Assembly (NCBI GenBank): GCA_963727505.1
Contig: CAVSGP010000010.1
Location: 1 to 64,000 of the forward strand
DNA: 64,000 bases
Direction: 5' to 3'
Origin: an uncultured Trueperaceae bacterium
Lineage (GTDB): Bacteria; Deinococcota; Deinococci; Deinococcales; Trueperaceae
Under the pieces are notes generated by a model, which had not been told where the DNA came from, searched no databases, and saw nothing but the letters and a program-made list of their open reading frames with translations. This document shows, piece after piece, positions 1 through 10,192 of the stretch. How positions within the stretch are numbered: the first letter of the stretch is position 1; every line of letters starts with the position of its first letter. Both the position numbers and the translations under genes were made by a program.

Positions 1-146
1 ACGATTTCGTCCTCGAACAACAAGGACGTCACCGCGCTTCGACAAGAAGTGCTGTCGTAGACGGCACAGATCTTGTCGAGCTCGCTGCTCGTTTCGCTCC
101 TATTCCGCTGTCAATGTCCTCGCCGCCGTTTCGAGCGGCAAAAATG

Positions 147-176
147 AGTGTATACCTGCAGCGCGGAAGCTGTCAA
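147..176 (-). promoter_or_regulatory. Strong sigma70-type promoter firing towards the window's left edge
   Basis: Minus strand TTGACA (176-171), 18 nt, TACACT (152-147). Followed by a structured leader with no convincing ORF. Confidence 0.7.
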
Positions 177-240
177 GGGCCTACGGGCGAGACCGGCCGA
201 ACGGCGGGCCGAGCACCTCCAGCTGCGGAGTCTGGCGCGC

Positions 241-1044
241 TCAGCGAACACGCTTCAACTCGTCGCCCAGCTTCGCCACGGAGAGCTCGCCCAGCCAGCG
301 GCCTACCAGCTTCCCGCGGGCGTCGAAGAACAGGGTGGTGGGCAGCCCGCGGGTCGAGACCGCGGCCGAGAGCCGGCTGCCGGCGTCGAGGAAGACGTGC
401 TGCAGGGACAGGTGATGCTCCTTCAGGTAGGCAGCCACGCGTGGCTGCGGCTCACCCTGGGACACGAACAGGAAGGTCACGTCCGGGGTGGCGGCCGCTT
501 GCGAGGCCAGCATCGGCAGCTCTCGCTGGCAAGGAGCGCACCAGGTCGCCCACAGGTTGACCACCAGCGGCCGGCCCACGAAGGCCGCGACGTCACTGGT
601 GGAGCCGTCGAGCCCCTGCAGGCGGGTGGTAAGCACGTCAGGCGCAGGCGCCGGCGGAGGGCCGGAGGCGAGCTGCCAGCCGCCCCACACCACGGCGCCG
701 ATCAGCCCGGCCAGCAGGGCGCCGCCGAGCAGTGTCCTGCGCGCGCGCAGCACCGTCACTGCGTAGGCGACGGCGGCGACCGCCCCGAACGGCAAGCTGA
801 ACCCCCCCTGCCAGATGTACAGAGCGCTCAGGGGAGCGCGGACATAACTGCCCAGGTGCAGAGCCAGATAGCCCAGCCGGGCGGCCAGCAGGCCCACCAC
901 CACGGCATTCCAGGCCACCGGCGCCACCCCCTTGCGGCCGCGCCGCTCGAGGATCTCGGCCGTGACGAGCAGCGCGATCAGTGCCAGCGCCACGCCGAAG
1001 CGCGGTCCGCTCAACACCACGGGTCCCAGCGAGACGTCGTTCAT
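241..1044 (-). CDS. Lgt-like membrane domain fused to TlpA-family thiol-disulfide oxidoreductase
   Basis: N-terminal TM helices with ARLGY...IWQGG; C-terminal VVNLWATWCAPC and GLPTTLF motifs. Confidence 0.85.
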   Translation of the reverse strand: MNDVSLGPVVLSGPRFGVALALIALLVTAEILERRGRKGVAPVAWNAVVVGLLAARLGYLALHLGSYVRAPLSALYIWQGGFSLPFGAVAAVAYAVTVLRARRTLLGGALLAGLIGAVVWGGWQLASGPPPAPAPDVLTTRLQGLDGSTSDVAAFVGRPLVVNLWATWCAPCQRELPMLASQAAATPDVTFLFVSQGEPQPRVAAYLKEHHLSLQHVFLDAGSRLSAAVSTRGLPTTLFFDARGKLVGRWLGELSVAKLGDELKRVR

Positions 1045-1127
1045 GCTGCCCCATCCTATGCAGGCGCCGCTGTGCCCGCCCGCCGCGCGCCCGACACAGC
1101 GCGGCTGCGGCCGCCCGAACCGCTACC

Positions 1128-1907
1128 ATGGAGGCCGTGACCATCGACCTGAACAGCGACCTCGGCGAGTCGTTCGGACGCTGGCAACTCGGCGACGACG
1201 CCGCCCTGCTGCGGCTGGTGAGCTCCGCCAACGTGGCGTGCGGCTTCCATGCCGGCTATCCGCAGGGTCTGCGCCGCACCTTGCATGCCGCCCGCGAGGC
1301 CGGCGCCGCCGTCGGCGCCCACCCCGGCTACTGGGATCTGCGCGGCTTCGGGCGCGTCCCCATGGAGCTCCCGACCGACGTGGTGCGCGACGACGTGCTC
1401 TACCAGATCGGCGCCCTGGCGGCGCTGGCACGGGCCGAGGCCCTGCAGCTGGCGCATGTCAAGCCGCACGGCGCCCTGTACAACGCCATGGCGCAGAGTT
1501 CCGAGCTGGCGCTGGCGGTGGCCGAGGCCGTCGCCGCCTTCGACCCGCGGCTGCCCATCATGGTGCTGGCCGGGTCCGCCGCCGAGCGGGCCCTGGTCGG
1601 TGCCGGCGTGCCGGTGCTGCGCGAAGGGTTCCTGGACCGCGCCTACCTCGCCGACGGCACGCTGGCGCCGCGCGGCACCCCCGGGGCGGTGCACACCGAT
1701 CCCGAACGGGTGGTCGAGCAGGCGCTGACGCTCGCCACCCAAGGGCGCGTCCGCGCCGTCGACGGCAGCGAGCTCCGGCTGAGCGTCGACACCCTTTGCC
1801 TTCACGGCGACACCGCGGCGGCCGTCGCCCTCGCGCGCCGCGTCCGCGCCGCGCTCGAGGACGCGGGCGTGAGCGTCGCCCGACCGGACACGCAAGCGGG
1901 CGCGTGA
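1128..1907 (+). CDS. pxpA: 5-oxoprolinase subunit A (LamB/YcsF family)
   Basis: IDLNSDLGESFG, ANVACGFHAG, HVKPHGALYN, TLCLHGD. Confidence 0.92.
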   Translation: MEAVTIDLNSDLGESFGRWQLGDDAALLRLVSSANVACGFHAGYPQGLRRTLHAAREAGAAVGAHPGYWDLRGFGRVPMELPTDVVRDDVLYQIGALAALARAEALQLAHVKPHGALYNAMAQSSELALAVAEAVAAFDPRLPIMVLAGSAAERALVGAGVPVLREGFLDRAYLADGTLAPRGTPGAVHTDPERVVEQALTLATQGRVRAVDGSELRLSVDTLCLHGDTAAAVALARRVRAALEDAGVSVARPDTQAGA

Positions 1908-3487
1908 GGATCCGCAGCGCCGGGCCGGCCGCCTGGTACGTCGACGTCGCCGACGCCCCCTCCCCCGAGACGGCGCTACGCCTGGGCGCGCTGCAGCGCG
2001 CGCTGTTGGCGAGCGCACCCGCGACGGTGCGCGACGTGGTCCCGGGCTACACCAGCCTGCTGGTGGAGTTCCGCCCCGGCACCTCGCCGGCACGGCTACA
2101 GCGCTGGCTGGAGACGGTCGACGACCGGCTCGAGCACGACGCGCCGGCGGCGGCCCGCCGCCGCGTCGAGGTGCGCTACGGCGCGGACGCCGACAGCGCC
2201 GACCTCACGGAGCGGCTGGGGCTCCCCTGGGAGCGCATCGTGGCGCTCCATGCAGGAGCGCTCTACACCGTCGCCTTCCTGGGCTTCACCCCCGGCTTCC
2301 CCTACCTGCTGGGGCTGCCCCGGGCGCTGGTCACGCCGCGCCGGGAGACCCCCAGGATGCGCGTGCCCGCCGGCTCGGTGGCGATCGCCGGCGACCATGC
2401 CGGCATCTACCCCAGCGCCAGCCCCGGTGGCTGGTGGATCGTGGGACGTACCGATGAGCCGCTGTTCGACCCGCACCCCTGGCCCCCCCGCGCCTGGGCG
2501 CCCGGGGACGAGGTGCGCTTCGTCGCCGCCGAGCCCGAGCCCGACACGCCTGCCGACGGAAGGCCGCCCACCCAGGATCCGGCGCGTGGGACCGAGCGCA
2601 CCTCGCTGGGCGACGCCGCTTCACCGGCCGTCCTCGAGGTGATCGAGGCCTGGGCGCCCTCGGCGACCCTCCAAGCAGGACCGCGCTGGCGCGTCGGGCA
2701 CCTGGGCATGGCGCAGGCGGGCGCCCTCGACCCGCTGGCGTTGGAGCTCGCCAACGCCGCGGCGGGCAACGCCGCCGACGCCCCCGCGTTGGAGCTGCTG
2801 GCCCATCCGCTGACGCTGCGCGCCCTGGAGCCCGTCACCGCGGCCATGATCTGCGGCGGTCACCGGGCGCGGCTGAACGGGCGTCCGCAGGCGACGGGCG
2901 AGCCCTTCGCGTGGCCGGCGGGCGCCGTGCTCGAGCTCGTGCCCGGAGGCCGTGCCCACGGTCGCGCCAGCTACCTGGCGCTGGCCGGCGGCCTCGCCGC
3001 CGAGCGCTACGGCGACTCGGCCAGCACCGACCTGCGCGCCGGCGTCGGCGGCGGCCGGCGCGCGCTACGGCCGGGGGACCTGCTCGGCGCGGGCTCGGCG
3101 CGCGGCGGCCCCGCCGCGGGCCCGAGCGCGTACCGTCCGCGCTACCCCGAGCGGCTGCTGCTGAGCGTCCACCGAGGGCCGCAGTACGACCCGGAGACGT
3201 TCGCGCGCCTGACCTCCTCCCGCTTCCGGGTGGCCGGCTTCGACCGCACCGGCGTCCGCCTGGAAGGGCCCCCTCTGCCCCAGAGCGCACCCGACGTGCG
3301 CAGCGAGGGCTCCCCCTGGGGTGCGCTGCAGCTCCCGGCCGACGGCCACCCCATCGTGCTGCTGGCCGACCGCGGCCGCACCGGCGGCTACGCCAAGCCC
3401 GCGGTGGTCGACGTGCGCGAGCTGTGGCGGCTGGCGCAGGCCCCGCTCGGCACGGTGGTGGAGTTCGCCGCCGCCGATGCCGCCTGA
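1904..3487 (+). CDS. pxpBC: 5-oxoprolinase subunits B+C fusion (allophanate hydrolase-like)
   Basis: GTGA overlap with pxpA; FLGFTPGFPYL, GIYPSASPGGW, and C-terminal GALQLPADGHPIVLLADR..TGGY. Confidence 0.88.
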   Translation: MRIRSAGPAAWYVDVADAPSPETALRLGALQRALLASAPATVRDVVPGYTSLLVEFRPGTSPARLQRWLETVDDRLEHDAPAAARRRVEVRYGADADSADLTERLGLPWERIVALHAGALYTVAFLGFTPGFPYLLGLPRALVTPRRETPRMRVPAGSVAIAGDHAGIYPSASPGGWWIVGRTDEPLFDPHPWPPRAWAPGDEVRFVAAEPEPDTPADGRPPTQDPARGTERTSLGDAASPAVLEVIEAWAPSATLQAGPRWRVGHLGMAQAGALDPLALELANAAAGNAADAPALELLAHPLTLRALEPVTAAMICGGHRARLNGRPQATGEPFAWPAGAVLELVPGGRAHGRASYLALAGGLAAERYGDSASTDLRAGVGGGRRALRPGDLLGAGSARGGPAAGPSAYRPRYPERLLLSVHRGPQYDPETFARLTSSRFRVAGFDRTGVRLEGPPLPQSAPDVRSEGSPWGALQLPADGHPIVLLADRGRTGGYAKPAVVDVRELWRLAQAPLGTVVEFAAADAA

Positions 3488-3537
3488 CCCGAACGGCAGG
3501 CACGCGCTCCTCGGCCCGCAGCCACTACACTGGACAC

Positions 3538-3942
3538 ATGAAGTCCGTTGCGCTGATCGCGCACGACAAGAAGAAGCTCGATCTGGCGATCTTCGCCCGC
3601 GAGCACGCCGACATCCTGCGACGCTTCCCCCTCATCGCCACCAGCACCACCGGCACGGTGCTGGAGAGCAAGACGGGACTGAGCGTCGAGCGTCTGCGCT
3701 CCGGCCCGGAGGGCGGCGACCTGCAGGTCGGCGCCCGCATCGCCGAGGACCGGGTGAAGGCCGTCGTCTTCTTCCGTGACCCGCTCACCGCCCAGCCCCA
3801 CGAACCCGATGTTTCCGCGCTGCTGCGTATCTGCGACGTTCACAACGTCCCGCTGGCGACCAACCTCGGCACGGCCGAGGCCATCATCGCCTGGCTCGAG
3901 GAGCAGCTGGCGCTCGCCGAGGACGCCTCGAGCGCAGGTTAG
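3538..3942 (+). CDS. mgsA: Methylglyoxal synthase
   Basis: ALIAHDKKK, SGPEGGDLQVG, FFRDPLTAQPHEPDV; TACACT a few nt before the ATG (leaderless). Confidence 0.95.
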   Translation: MKSVALIAHDKKKLDLAIFAREHADILRRFPLIATSTTGTVLESKTGLSVERLRSGPEGGDLQVGARIAEDRVKAVVFFRDPLTAQPHEPDVSALLRICDVHNVPLATNLGTAEAIIAWLEEQLALAEDASSAG

Positions 3943-3965
3943 CGCGAGGCACGAGAGGACGCCCC

Positions 3966-4217
3966 ATGAGCAAGGAGACGATCCGCGCGTTCCTGGACGA
4001 GATGCGCAAGAACTACCGGGAGGAGATCGACGCCGTCGCGCTCCCCGAGGGGATCCACGAGTACGTCGAGGAGCGCATCGCGCAGGACGACTTCGACACC
4101 CTCCTGTTCATGCTCAAGCTCGGCTACCTGATGGGGTTGCAGACCGGCTTCGCGGCCGGTCGGGAGGGCGGCGACCGGCCTGCCGCCAGCGACATCCCGG
4201 GCCCTCTGCAGGCCTAG
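3966..4217 (+). CDS. ddrH: Small Deinococcota protein, DdrH-like
   Basis: 83 aa; LPEGI..YV...I...D...LLFMLKLGY.MG.Q.GFAAG resembles the DdrH family as recalled; RBS GAGGA. Confidence 0.6.
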   Translation: MSKETIRAFLDEMRKNYREEIDAVALPEGIHEYVEERIAQDDFDTLLFMLKLGYLMGLQTGFAAGREGGDRPAASDIPGPLQA

Positions 4218-4230
4218 CTCCGCGGCCGCC

Positions 4231-6405
4231 TCAGCCCGCCAGGCGACGCCGCTCGGACAGCTCCAGCAGCCGCTGCTGGGCGTCCAACCGGTGCTGGCCG
4301 GGCGCGCGCCGCGCCGACCGGTAGACACCGTCGGAACCGAGCTCGCGCGCCTTGATGTTGTCGCGCAGCAGCAGCTCGAGCACCTGGTGGACCTTGCGCT
4401 GGAGGCGCTCGTCCTCCACCGGGAACACCACCTCGATGCGGCGATCGAGGTTGCGCTGCATCCAATCGGCACTCCCCAGGTAGAGGTCGTCGGCGCCGCC
4501 GTGACGGAAGAAGTAGATGCGGGAGTGCTCCAGGAAACGCCCCACCACGCTCCGCACGCGGATGTTCTCGCTGACGCCCGGCACCCCGGGTCGCAGGCAG
4601 CACGTCCCCCGCACGATCAGATCGATCTCCACGCCGGCCTGCGAGGCGCGGTACAGCGCCCGGATGACCTCGGGGTCCACCAACGCGTTCATCTTGGCGA
4701 TGATGCGGCCCTTCTCGCCCTGCACCGCCAGCGCACGCTCGCGTTCGATGGCCTCCAGGACCCGCTCGCGCAACCCCTCGGGAGCCACCCACAGCTTCCT
4801 CCAGGTGCGCTGCTTGCTGTAGCCGGTGAGGTAGTTGAACAGGTCGCTGACGTCGGCTCCGAGCGCCTCGTCGCGGCTCATGAGCGCCAGGTCGGTGTAG
4901 ACGTCGGCGGTGGAGGGGTTGTAGTTGCCGGTGCCGAGGTGGACGTAGCGCCGCGTCAACTCCCGTCCGCCCTCGCCCTGCTCGCGCCGCACGACGAGCA
5001 GCGCCTTGCAGTGGGTCTTGAGCCCGACGAAGCCATAGACGACGTGCACGCCCGCGCGCTCCAGCTCGCGCGCCCACTCGATGTTGTTCTCCTCGTCGAA
5101 GCGCGCCTTGAGCTCCACCAGGGCGGTGACCAGCTTGCCGTTCCCCGCCGCGCGGGCCAGCGCCGCCACCACCGGTGACGCCAGCCCCACGCGGTAGAGC
5201 GTCATCTTGATCGCCAGCACGCGCGGGTCGTCGGCGGCCTCGTCGACCAGCATCTGCACCGCATCGAAGGCGTGGAAGGGGTGGTGGACGAGCACGTCGC
5301 CTGCCGCCACGGTGTCCAGCGCCCCGTCATGATCGCGATACTCGGTGGGCAAGCGGGCGGCGAAGGGCGGGTCGCACAGGTCCGGCAGGTCGAGCCGCGT
5401 CAGCTCCAGGAAGTCGCTGGCGTTGAGGTGGTTGGGGATGGTGTAGACGTCCTCGGGCTCGAGCTCGAGCGTCCGGCGCAGGCGCTCGCGCCAGGCCGCG
5501 GGCATGGTCCCGTCCACCTCCAGGCGGGCCGCGTCGCCCCAGCGGCGGCGGCGCACCTCGTCCTCGATGGCGTGCAGCAGATCGTCGGCCTCGTCCTCGG
5601 CGATCTCGATATCGGCGTTGCGGGTGATGCGGAAGCCGTGCGCGCGCCGCACCACGTGCCCGGGGAACAGCTCCCCGATACGCGCCAGGATGATGTCCTC
5701 CAGCATCACGAAGTCGTGCCCGGCGCCCGGCAGGCGCAGGAAGCGAGGCAACACGCTCGGCACCTGCACCACGGCGCCGCGCACCGCCCCCGTGACCTCG
5801 TCGGCCACGTCCAGCAGCAGCGAGAAGCTGAGGTTGGGCAGCCTCGGGAAGGGGTGGCTGCTGTCGACCGCCAACGGCGTGAGGACCGGGTAGAGCTCCT
5901 CGTCGAAGAAGGCGTGCACGGCGTCCCGCCCGGCGTCGTCGAGCTCGGCCACGGTGCGGATGCGCACGCCGCGCTCGGCCAGCGCCGGCAGCACGCTGTC
6001 GCGAAGGGTACGCCGGTGGCGATCCACCAGGCTGTGCAGCCGCTCCGCGATGGCGCGTACCTGCTCGGCGGGCGTCATCCCGTCGGGCGTGCGGCGCGTC
6101 ACGCCCGCCGCGAGCTGCTCCTTGAGACCGGCGTAGCGGATCATGATGAACTCGTCGAGGTTGGACCCGAAGATGGCCAGGAACTTCAGGCGCTCCAGCA
6201 GCGCCGCATCCTGGTTCTCGGCCTCTTCCAGGACCCGCTCGTTGAACGCCAGCCAGGACAGCTCGCGGTTGAAGTAGAGCGCGGGGTCGTACAGGTCGAT
6301 CGCCGGGGCCGCGGCGACGGGGAGCGGGAGGCCGGCGGCGGGCACCGCCGCCTCGACCGCCGGCCCGGCGGTCGGCGCCGGTGATCGGGGGAGCGGCTCA
6401 GCCAC
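4231..6405 (-). CDS. ppk1: Polyphosphate kinase 1
   Basis: YFNRELSWLAFNERVL, ELKARFDEENNI, HLGTGNYN, RFLEHSRIY. Confidence 0.96.
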   Translation of the reverse strand: MAEPLPRSPAPTAGPAVEAAVPAAGLPLPVAAAPAIDLYDPALYFNRELSWLAFNERVLEEAENQDAALLERLKFLAIFGSNLDEFIMIRYAGLKEQLAAGVTRRTPDGMTPAEQVRAIAERLHSLVDRHRRTLRDSVLPALAERGVRIRTVAELDDAGRDAVHAFFDEELYPVLTPLAVDSSHPFPRLPNLSFSLLLDVADEVTGAVRGAVVQVPSVLPRFLRLPGAGHDFVMLEDIILARIGELFPGHVVRRAHGFRITRNADIEIAEDEADDLLHAIEDEVRRRRWGDAARLEVDGTMPAAWRERLRRTLELEPEDVYTIPNHLNASDFLELTRLDLPDLCDPPFAARLPTEYRDHDGALDTVAAGDVLVHHPFHAFDAVQMLVDEAADDPRVLAIKMTLYRVGLASPVVAALARAAGNGKLVTALVELKARFDEENNIEWARELERAGVHVVYGFVGLKTHCKALLVVRREQGEGGRELTRRYVHLGTGNYNPSTADVYTDLALMSRDEALGADVSDLFNYLTGYSKQRTWRKLWVAPEGLRERVLEAIERERALAVQGEKGRIIAKMNALVDPEVIRALYRASQAGVEIDLIVRGTCCLRPGVPGVSENIRVRSVVGRFLEHSRIYFFRHGGADDLYLGSADWMQRNLDRRIEVVFPVEDERLQRKVHQVLELLLRDNIKARELGSDGVYRSARRAPGQHRLDAQQRLLELSERRRLAG

Positions 6406-6835
6406 TCGCGACGGCGGTTTCCTGCTCGTGCTCGAGCACGACCTCGTAGTCGATGGACGCGTTCAAGCTCGCCGACACCGAGCAGTACTTGGTCATGCCC
6501 AACCCCACGAAGCGCTTCGCCAGGCGCTCGTCGAGCCCAGGCACGTCGAAGACGTGGCGGGCGTGGATGCGGGTGTAGGGGCTCGGGGTCTCGTCCGCGC
6601 GCTCGCCGGTGAGCTCGACGCGATACGAGCGCACCTCCAGCTTGCGCTTGGCGAGCATCTCGACGATGTCGTAGGCGGCGCACGAGCCCAGCGCGTTGAG
6701 GAGCAGCTGCATGGGCCGCATGCCGGTCTGTGCCGCGTTCTCGCCATCGATCATCACGCGCTGCTGGTCGGGGGTGACACCCACGAAGCGCTTGCCGACG
6801 AGATGATGGACGGTCGTGGTCTGAGTCTTGGCCAT
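6398..6835 (-). CDS. OsmC/YhfA family protein
   Basis: RPMQLLLNALGSC and KYCSV motifs; overlaps ppk1 start. Confidence 0.88.
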   Translation of the reverse strand: MAKTQTTTVHHLVGKRFVGVTPDQQRVMIDGENAAQTGMRPMQLLLNALGSCAAYDIVEMLAKRKLEVRSYRVELTGERADETPSPYTRIHARHVFDVPGLDERLAKRFVGLGMTKYCSVSASLNASIDYEVVLEHEQETAVASG

Positions 6836-6932
6836 GCTGTCAGTATGCTGAATCCGGCGCTCGCCGGGGCGTCGTCAGGCGCACACGGCGAGCCGGCGCG
6901 CCCTCGCCCGGGCGGCGGTAGACTCGCGTGTC

Positions 6933-7559
6933 GTGCCCGACCCCGCCCCCCTCCCGGCCCCTCCGGCGCCGGACGCGCCGAAGACGTCCTGGCGCGCCTG
7001 GGCGCGGGCGACCCGGCGGCTGCTGGCGACCCGGGAGCGCAACCGCGCGGTGGTCGAGGCGCTCGCCGCCTGGCCGGTCTACCGGAGCGCCGGCACCGTC
7101 CTGCTGTATCTGGCGTTCGGCAGCGAGGTGGATCTGGGATCGCTCGCGAGCGATCCCGCCCGACGCGTGCTGGTCCCCCGGACCCGCCAGACGCCGGCCC
7201 CCGAGCTCAGCGTCCACCGCCTGCGCGAGGCCGACCTCGAGCCGACCTCGTTCGGTCCGCGACAGCCTCGCGCCGGGACGGCGCCCGTCGACCCGGCAAC
7301 GATCGAGCTGGCGCTGGTGCCGGGGCTGTGCTTCGATGAGGCGGGCACCCGCCTGGGCTACGGCCGCGGCTACTTCGACCGCTTCCTGGACCGCCTGCCG
7401 GTGGGCGTGCCGCGCGTCGGCGTCGGCTACGACGCGCTGGTGGTGGCGCGCTTGCCGCACGAGGCGCACGACCGGGCCATGACGCACCTGGTCACCGAGT
7501 CGGGCGTCCGTCCGGTCACAGCGCGGCCACCCGCGCCGCCAGCTCCGCCATCGAGGTGA
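6933..7559 (+). CDS. 5-formyltetrahydrofolate cyclo-ligase
   Basis: LVPGLCFD..GTRLGYGRGYFDRFL, LPHEAHD. Confidence 0.9.
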   Translation: MPDPAPLPAPPAPDAPKTSWRAWARATRRLLATRERNRAVVEALAAWPVYRSAGTVLLYLAFGSEVDLGSLASDPARRVLVPRTRQTPAPELSVHRLREADLEPTSFGPRQPRAGTAPVDPATIELALVPGLCFDEAGTRLGYGRGYFDRFLDRLPVGVPRVGVGYDALVVARLPHEAHDRAMTHLVTESGVRPVTARPPAPPAPPSR

Positions 7560-8154
7560 AGGGCACCGCACCCTCCGCCGCCAGCGCCTCGGCACCGACG
7601 CTGCCGGCGTAGCCGAGCACCGGCATGCCGGCGGCCACCGCCGCACGCACGCCGGCGGGGGAATCCTCGATGACCAGGCAGCGTTCGGCGGACACGCCCA
7701 GGCTGGCGGCGGCGTGCAGGAACAGGTCGGGCGCGGGCTTGCCGCGCGCGACCTCGGTGGCGCTGAAGACGCGCTCGAAGCTCCCCCACAGCCCCGCCGC
7801 CCCCAACACCTCGCGCAGGTAGCCGGGACCGCTGCTGGAGGCCACGCAGCGCCGCCACGGCAGCGTCTCGAGCGCATCGCGCACGCCCGCGACCACCCGC
7901 GGCTCGGCCACGAAGGCGTCGATCACGCGCCGGTAGAGGCGCTCGCTGAAGGCGGGCGAGAGCGGGCGCCCGAGTTCCTCCTCGACCTCACGCACCGTCT
8001 CAGGGACGGGCCTGCCGATGAAGCGCTCCACGCACGTCGGCGGGTCGATCGGATAGCCTTCGGCCGTCAGCATGTCGGCGAGCGCACGGTTCGCGATAGG
8101 CTCAGTGTCGACGAGAACGCCGTCGCAGTCGTAGATGATGAGATCGGGAGTCAT
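7516..8154 (-). CDS. HAD-IA family hydrolase/phosphatase
   Basis: YDCDGVLVDTE, GKPAPDLF, VIEDSPAG. Confidence 0.9.
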   Translation of the reverse strand: MTPDLIIYDCDGVLVDTEPIANRALADMLTAEGYPIDPPTCVERFIGRPVPETVREVEEELGRPLSPAFSERLYRRVIDAFVAEPRVVAGVRDALETLPWRRCVASSSGPGYLREVLGAAGLWGSFERVFSATEVARGKPAPDLFLHAAASLGVSAERCLVIEDSPAGVRAAVAAGMPVLGYAGSVGAEALAAEGAVPFTSMAELAARVAAL

Positions 8155-8237
8155 TCCGACGGCCATGCTAGCAGGGCCGTCGCACGCACGACCACCGCGG
8201 TCTGACGTCCGCGCGGGAGCGCACCCCGCTGCGGACC

Positions 8238-9086
8238 TCAGCCCTTGACGCCGGTGAGCACCACGCCCTCGATGATCTGCCGTTGGAAGATGAAGAACAC
8301 CAGCAGCACCGGCACGATCGCCAGCGCCGAGGCGGCCATGATCAGGTTCCACTGGGTGCTGGCCTCGCCCGAGAACAGCGCCATCCCTACCGGCACCGTG
8401 CGCATGGAGGGGGACTTGGCGATGATCAGCGGCCACAGGAAGGCGTTCCAGTTGCCCACGAAGTTGAAGATGCCGAGCGCGGCCAGGCCGGGCCGCACCA
8501 GGGGCAGGCCGACGCGCCAGAACAGCCCGAACTCGCTGACGCCGTCGACGCGGCCGGCGTCGAACAGATCGCGTGGCAGCGTCTGGAAGAACTGCCGCAT
8601 CAGGAACACCCCGAACGCCGGGATGAGGCCGGGGAAGGCCAGGCCCCAGTAGGTGTTGACCCAGTGGTACTGGGTCGACATCACGTACCAGGGGATGACC
8701 AGCATCTCGGTGGGGACCATCAACGTCGACAGGATGATCACGAACAGCACGCTGCGCCCGGGGAAGCGCAGCCTCGTCAGGGTGTAGCCCACCAGCGAGC
8801 AGAAGAACAGCACGCTCACCGTCGAGATGCCCGCCACCACCAGGCTGTTGAGGAACCAGCGCGGGAAGGCGGTGTGGAAGAGCACCTGCTGGAAGTTGGC
8901 GAGCGTCCAGGTGTGCGGGAACACGGTGAGCTGGAAGATCTCGCGCAGCGGTTTGAACGCCGACAGCAGCATCCACACGAACGGGAAGAACATCGCCACG
9001 CTGCCCACCGAGAGCAGCACGTAGGCGATGACGGTGCCGACGCTGGTGCGGGGGCGCGACTCGCCGAAGGTCTCCATCTCCATCAT
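8238..9086 (-). CDS. Carbohydrate ABC transporter permease (MalG-like)
   Basis: Six TM helices; EAA-like loop DLFDAGRVDG; WNAFLWPL. Confidence 0.92.
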   Translation of the reverse strand: MMEMETFGESRPRTSVGTVIAYVLLSVGSVAMFFPFVWMLLSAFKPLREIFQLTVFPHTWTLANFQQVLFHTAFPRWFLNSLVVAGISTVSVLFFCSLVGYTLTRLRFPGRSVLFVIILSTLMVPTEMLVIPWYVMSTQYHWVNTYWGLAFPGLIPAFGVFLMRQFFQTLPRDLFDAGRVDGVSEFGLFWRVGLPLVRPGLAALGIFNFVGNWNAFLWPLIIAKSPSMRTVPVGMALFSGEASTQWNLIMAASALAIVPVLLVFFIFQRQIIEGVVLTGVKG

Positions 9087-9087
9087 C

Positions 9088-10068
9088 TCAGTACTCCACT
9101 CGGCGCTGCAGCAGCCGCAGCTGCACCAGCGTCACGATCAGGATGAGCACGAACAGCAACACCGTCACCGCCGAGGCGTAGCCGATCTGGAAGCGCGAGA
9201 AGGCGACCTGGTACATGTACACCGCGATGCTCAAGGTGGCGCCGAGTGGGCCGCCCTGGTCCGTGAAGTTGATGTTCACCACCTGATCGAAGAGCTGTAG
9301 CGTGGCGATGGTCGAGATGATGACGCTGAACACCATCACCGGGTTCAACAGCGGCAGCGTGATGTGGCGGAAGCGCTGCACCGCGCCGGCGCCGTCGATG
9401 GCGGCGGCGTCGTAGAAGATTCGCGGGATGCCCTGCAATCCCGCGAGGAAGATGACGACCTGGAAGCCGAGCTGCTGCCACACCACCACCGCCGCCACCG
9501 CCGGCAGCGCCTGGCGCGGGTCGTTGAGGAACAGCTGGGTAGGGATGGACAGCCACGGCAGACCCAGCTTGCTCACGAAGTCGCTCCAGGCCACCAGAGC
9601 GCTGTTGAAGATACCGAAGTTGACCGAATACATCCATCCCCACACCCACGCAACGGCAGCGGCGGGCGTGACGTAGGGCGAGAAATAGATGGCTCGGAAG
9701 AGCGGTCGGAGCCGCCGCACCGCGTTGAGAAGCACCGCGATGGTGAGACCCAGCACCAGTTGCGCCGGCACCACGATGGCGGCATACAGCAGCGTGTTCC
9801 TCAGCGCCTGGTGGAGCCTGGGGTCCGTGAGCATCTCCCGGTAATAGGTGAGGCCAAGATAGGTGCGCTGCGCCGGGTCCACGTGCCACTTGTGCAAGGA
9901 CAGGTTGAACGACTGGATCGCCGGATAGATGCGCAGGAAGCCGTAGAACGCCAGCGGTATCAGCAGGAAGGCGTAAGCCCACAGCGCCTCGCGCGTGGTC
10001 AGGCTGAGGCGCCGCCGCCGACGCCGGGGCATCTCGGGTGGCTCCACGTCGGTTGCGGTCGGTCGCAT
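9088..10068 (-). CDS. Carbohydrate ABC transporter permease (MalF-like)
   Basis: YDAAAIDGA..VQRFRHITLPLL; GGP motif. Confidence 0.92.
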   Translation of the reverse strand: MRPTATDVEPPEMPRRRRRRLSLTTREALWAYAFLLIPLAFYGFLRIYPAIQSFNLSLHKWHVDPAQRTYLGLTYYREMLTDPRLHQALRNTLLYAAIVVPAQLVLGLTIAVLLNAVRRLRPLFRAIYFSPYVTPAAAVAWVWGWMYSVNFGIFNSALVAWSDFVSKLGLPWLSIPTQLFLNDPRQALPAVAAVVVWQQLGFQVVIFLAGLQGIPRIFYDAAAIDGAGAVQRFRHITLPLLNPVMVFSVIISTIATLQLFDQVVNINFTDQGGPLGATLSIAVYMYQVAFSRFQIGYASAVTVLLFVLILIVTLVQLRLLQRRVEY

Positions 10069-10147
10069 GGCGTCTCCGGGGGTGCAGCTGGGGGTGGGGG
10101 ATCGTGGCGGGGGATCGGGGGATCGGGAGGGACCGGTCGGACGGCGC

Positions 10148-10179
10148 GCGGGCGGGACGTCGTGACACGTCCCGCCCGC
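10148..10179 (-). terminator. Intercistronic hairpin after the solute-binding protein gene
   Basis: GCGGGCGGGACGT...ACGTCCCGCCCGC inverted repeat. Confidence 0.6.
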
Positions 10180-10192
10180 TCACCCGAGCCGT

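Noticed and set aside
6840..6932. 6S RNA upstream of the 5-formyl-THF cyclo-ligase
   Set aside because: The gap is under 100 bp and is occupied by two divergent leaderless promoters
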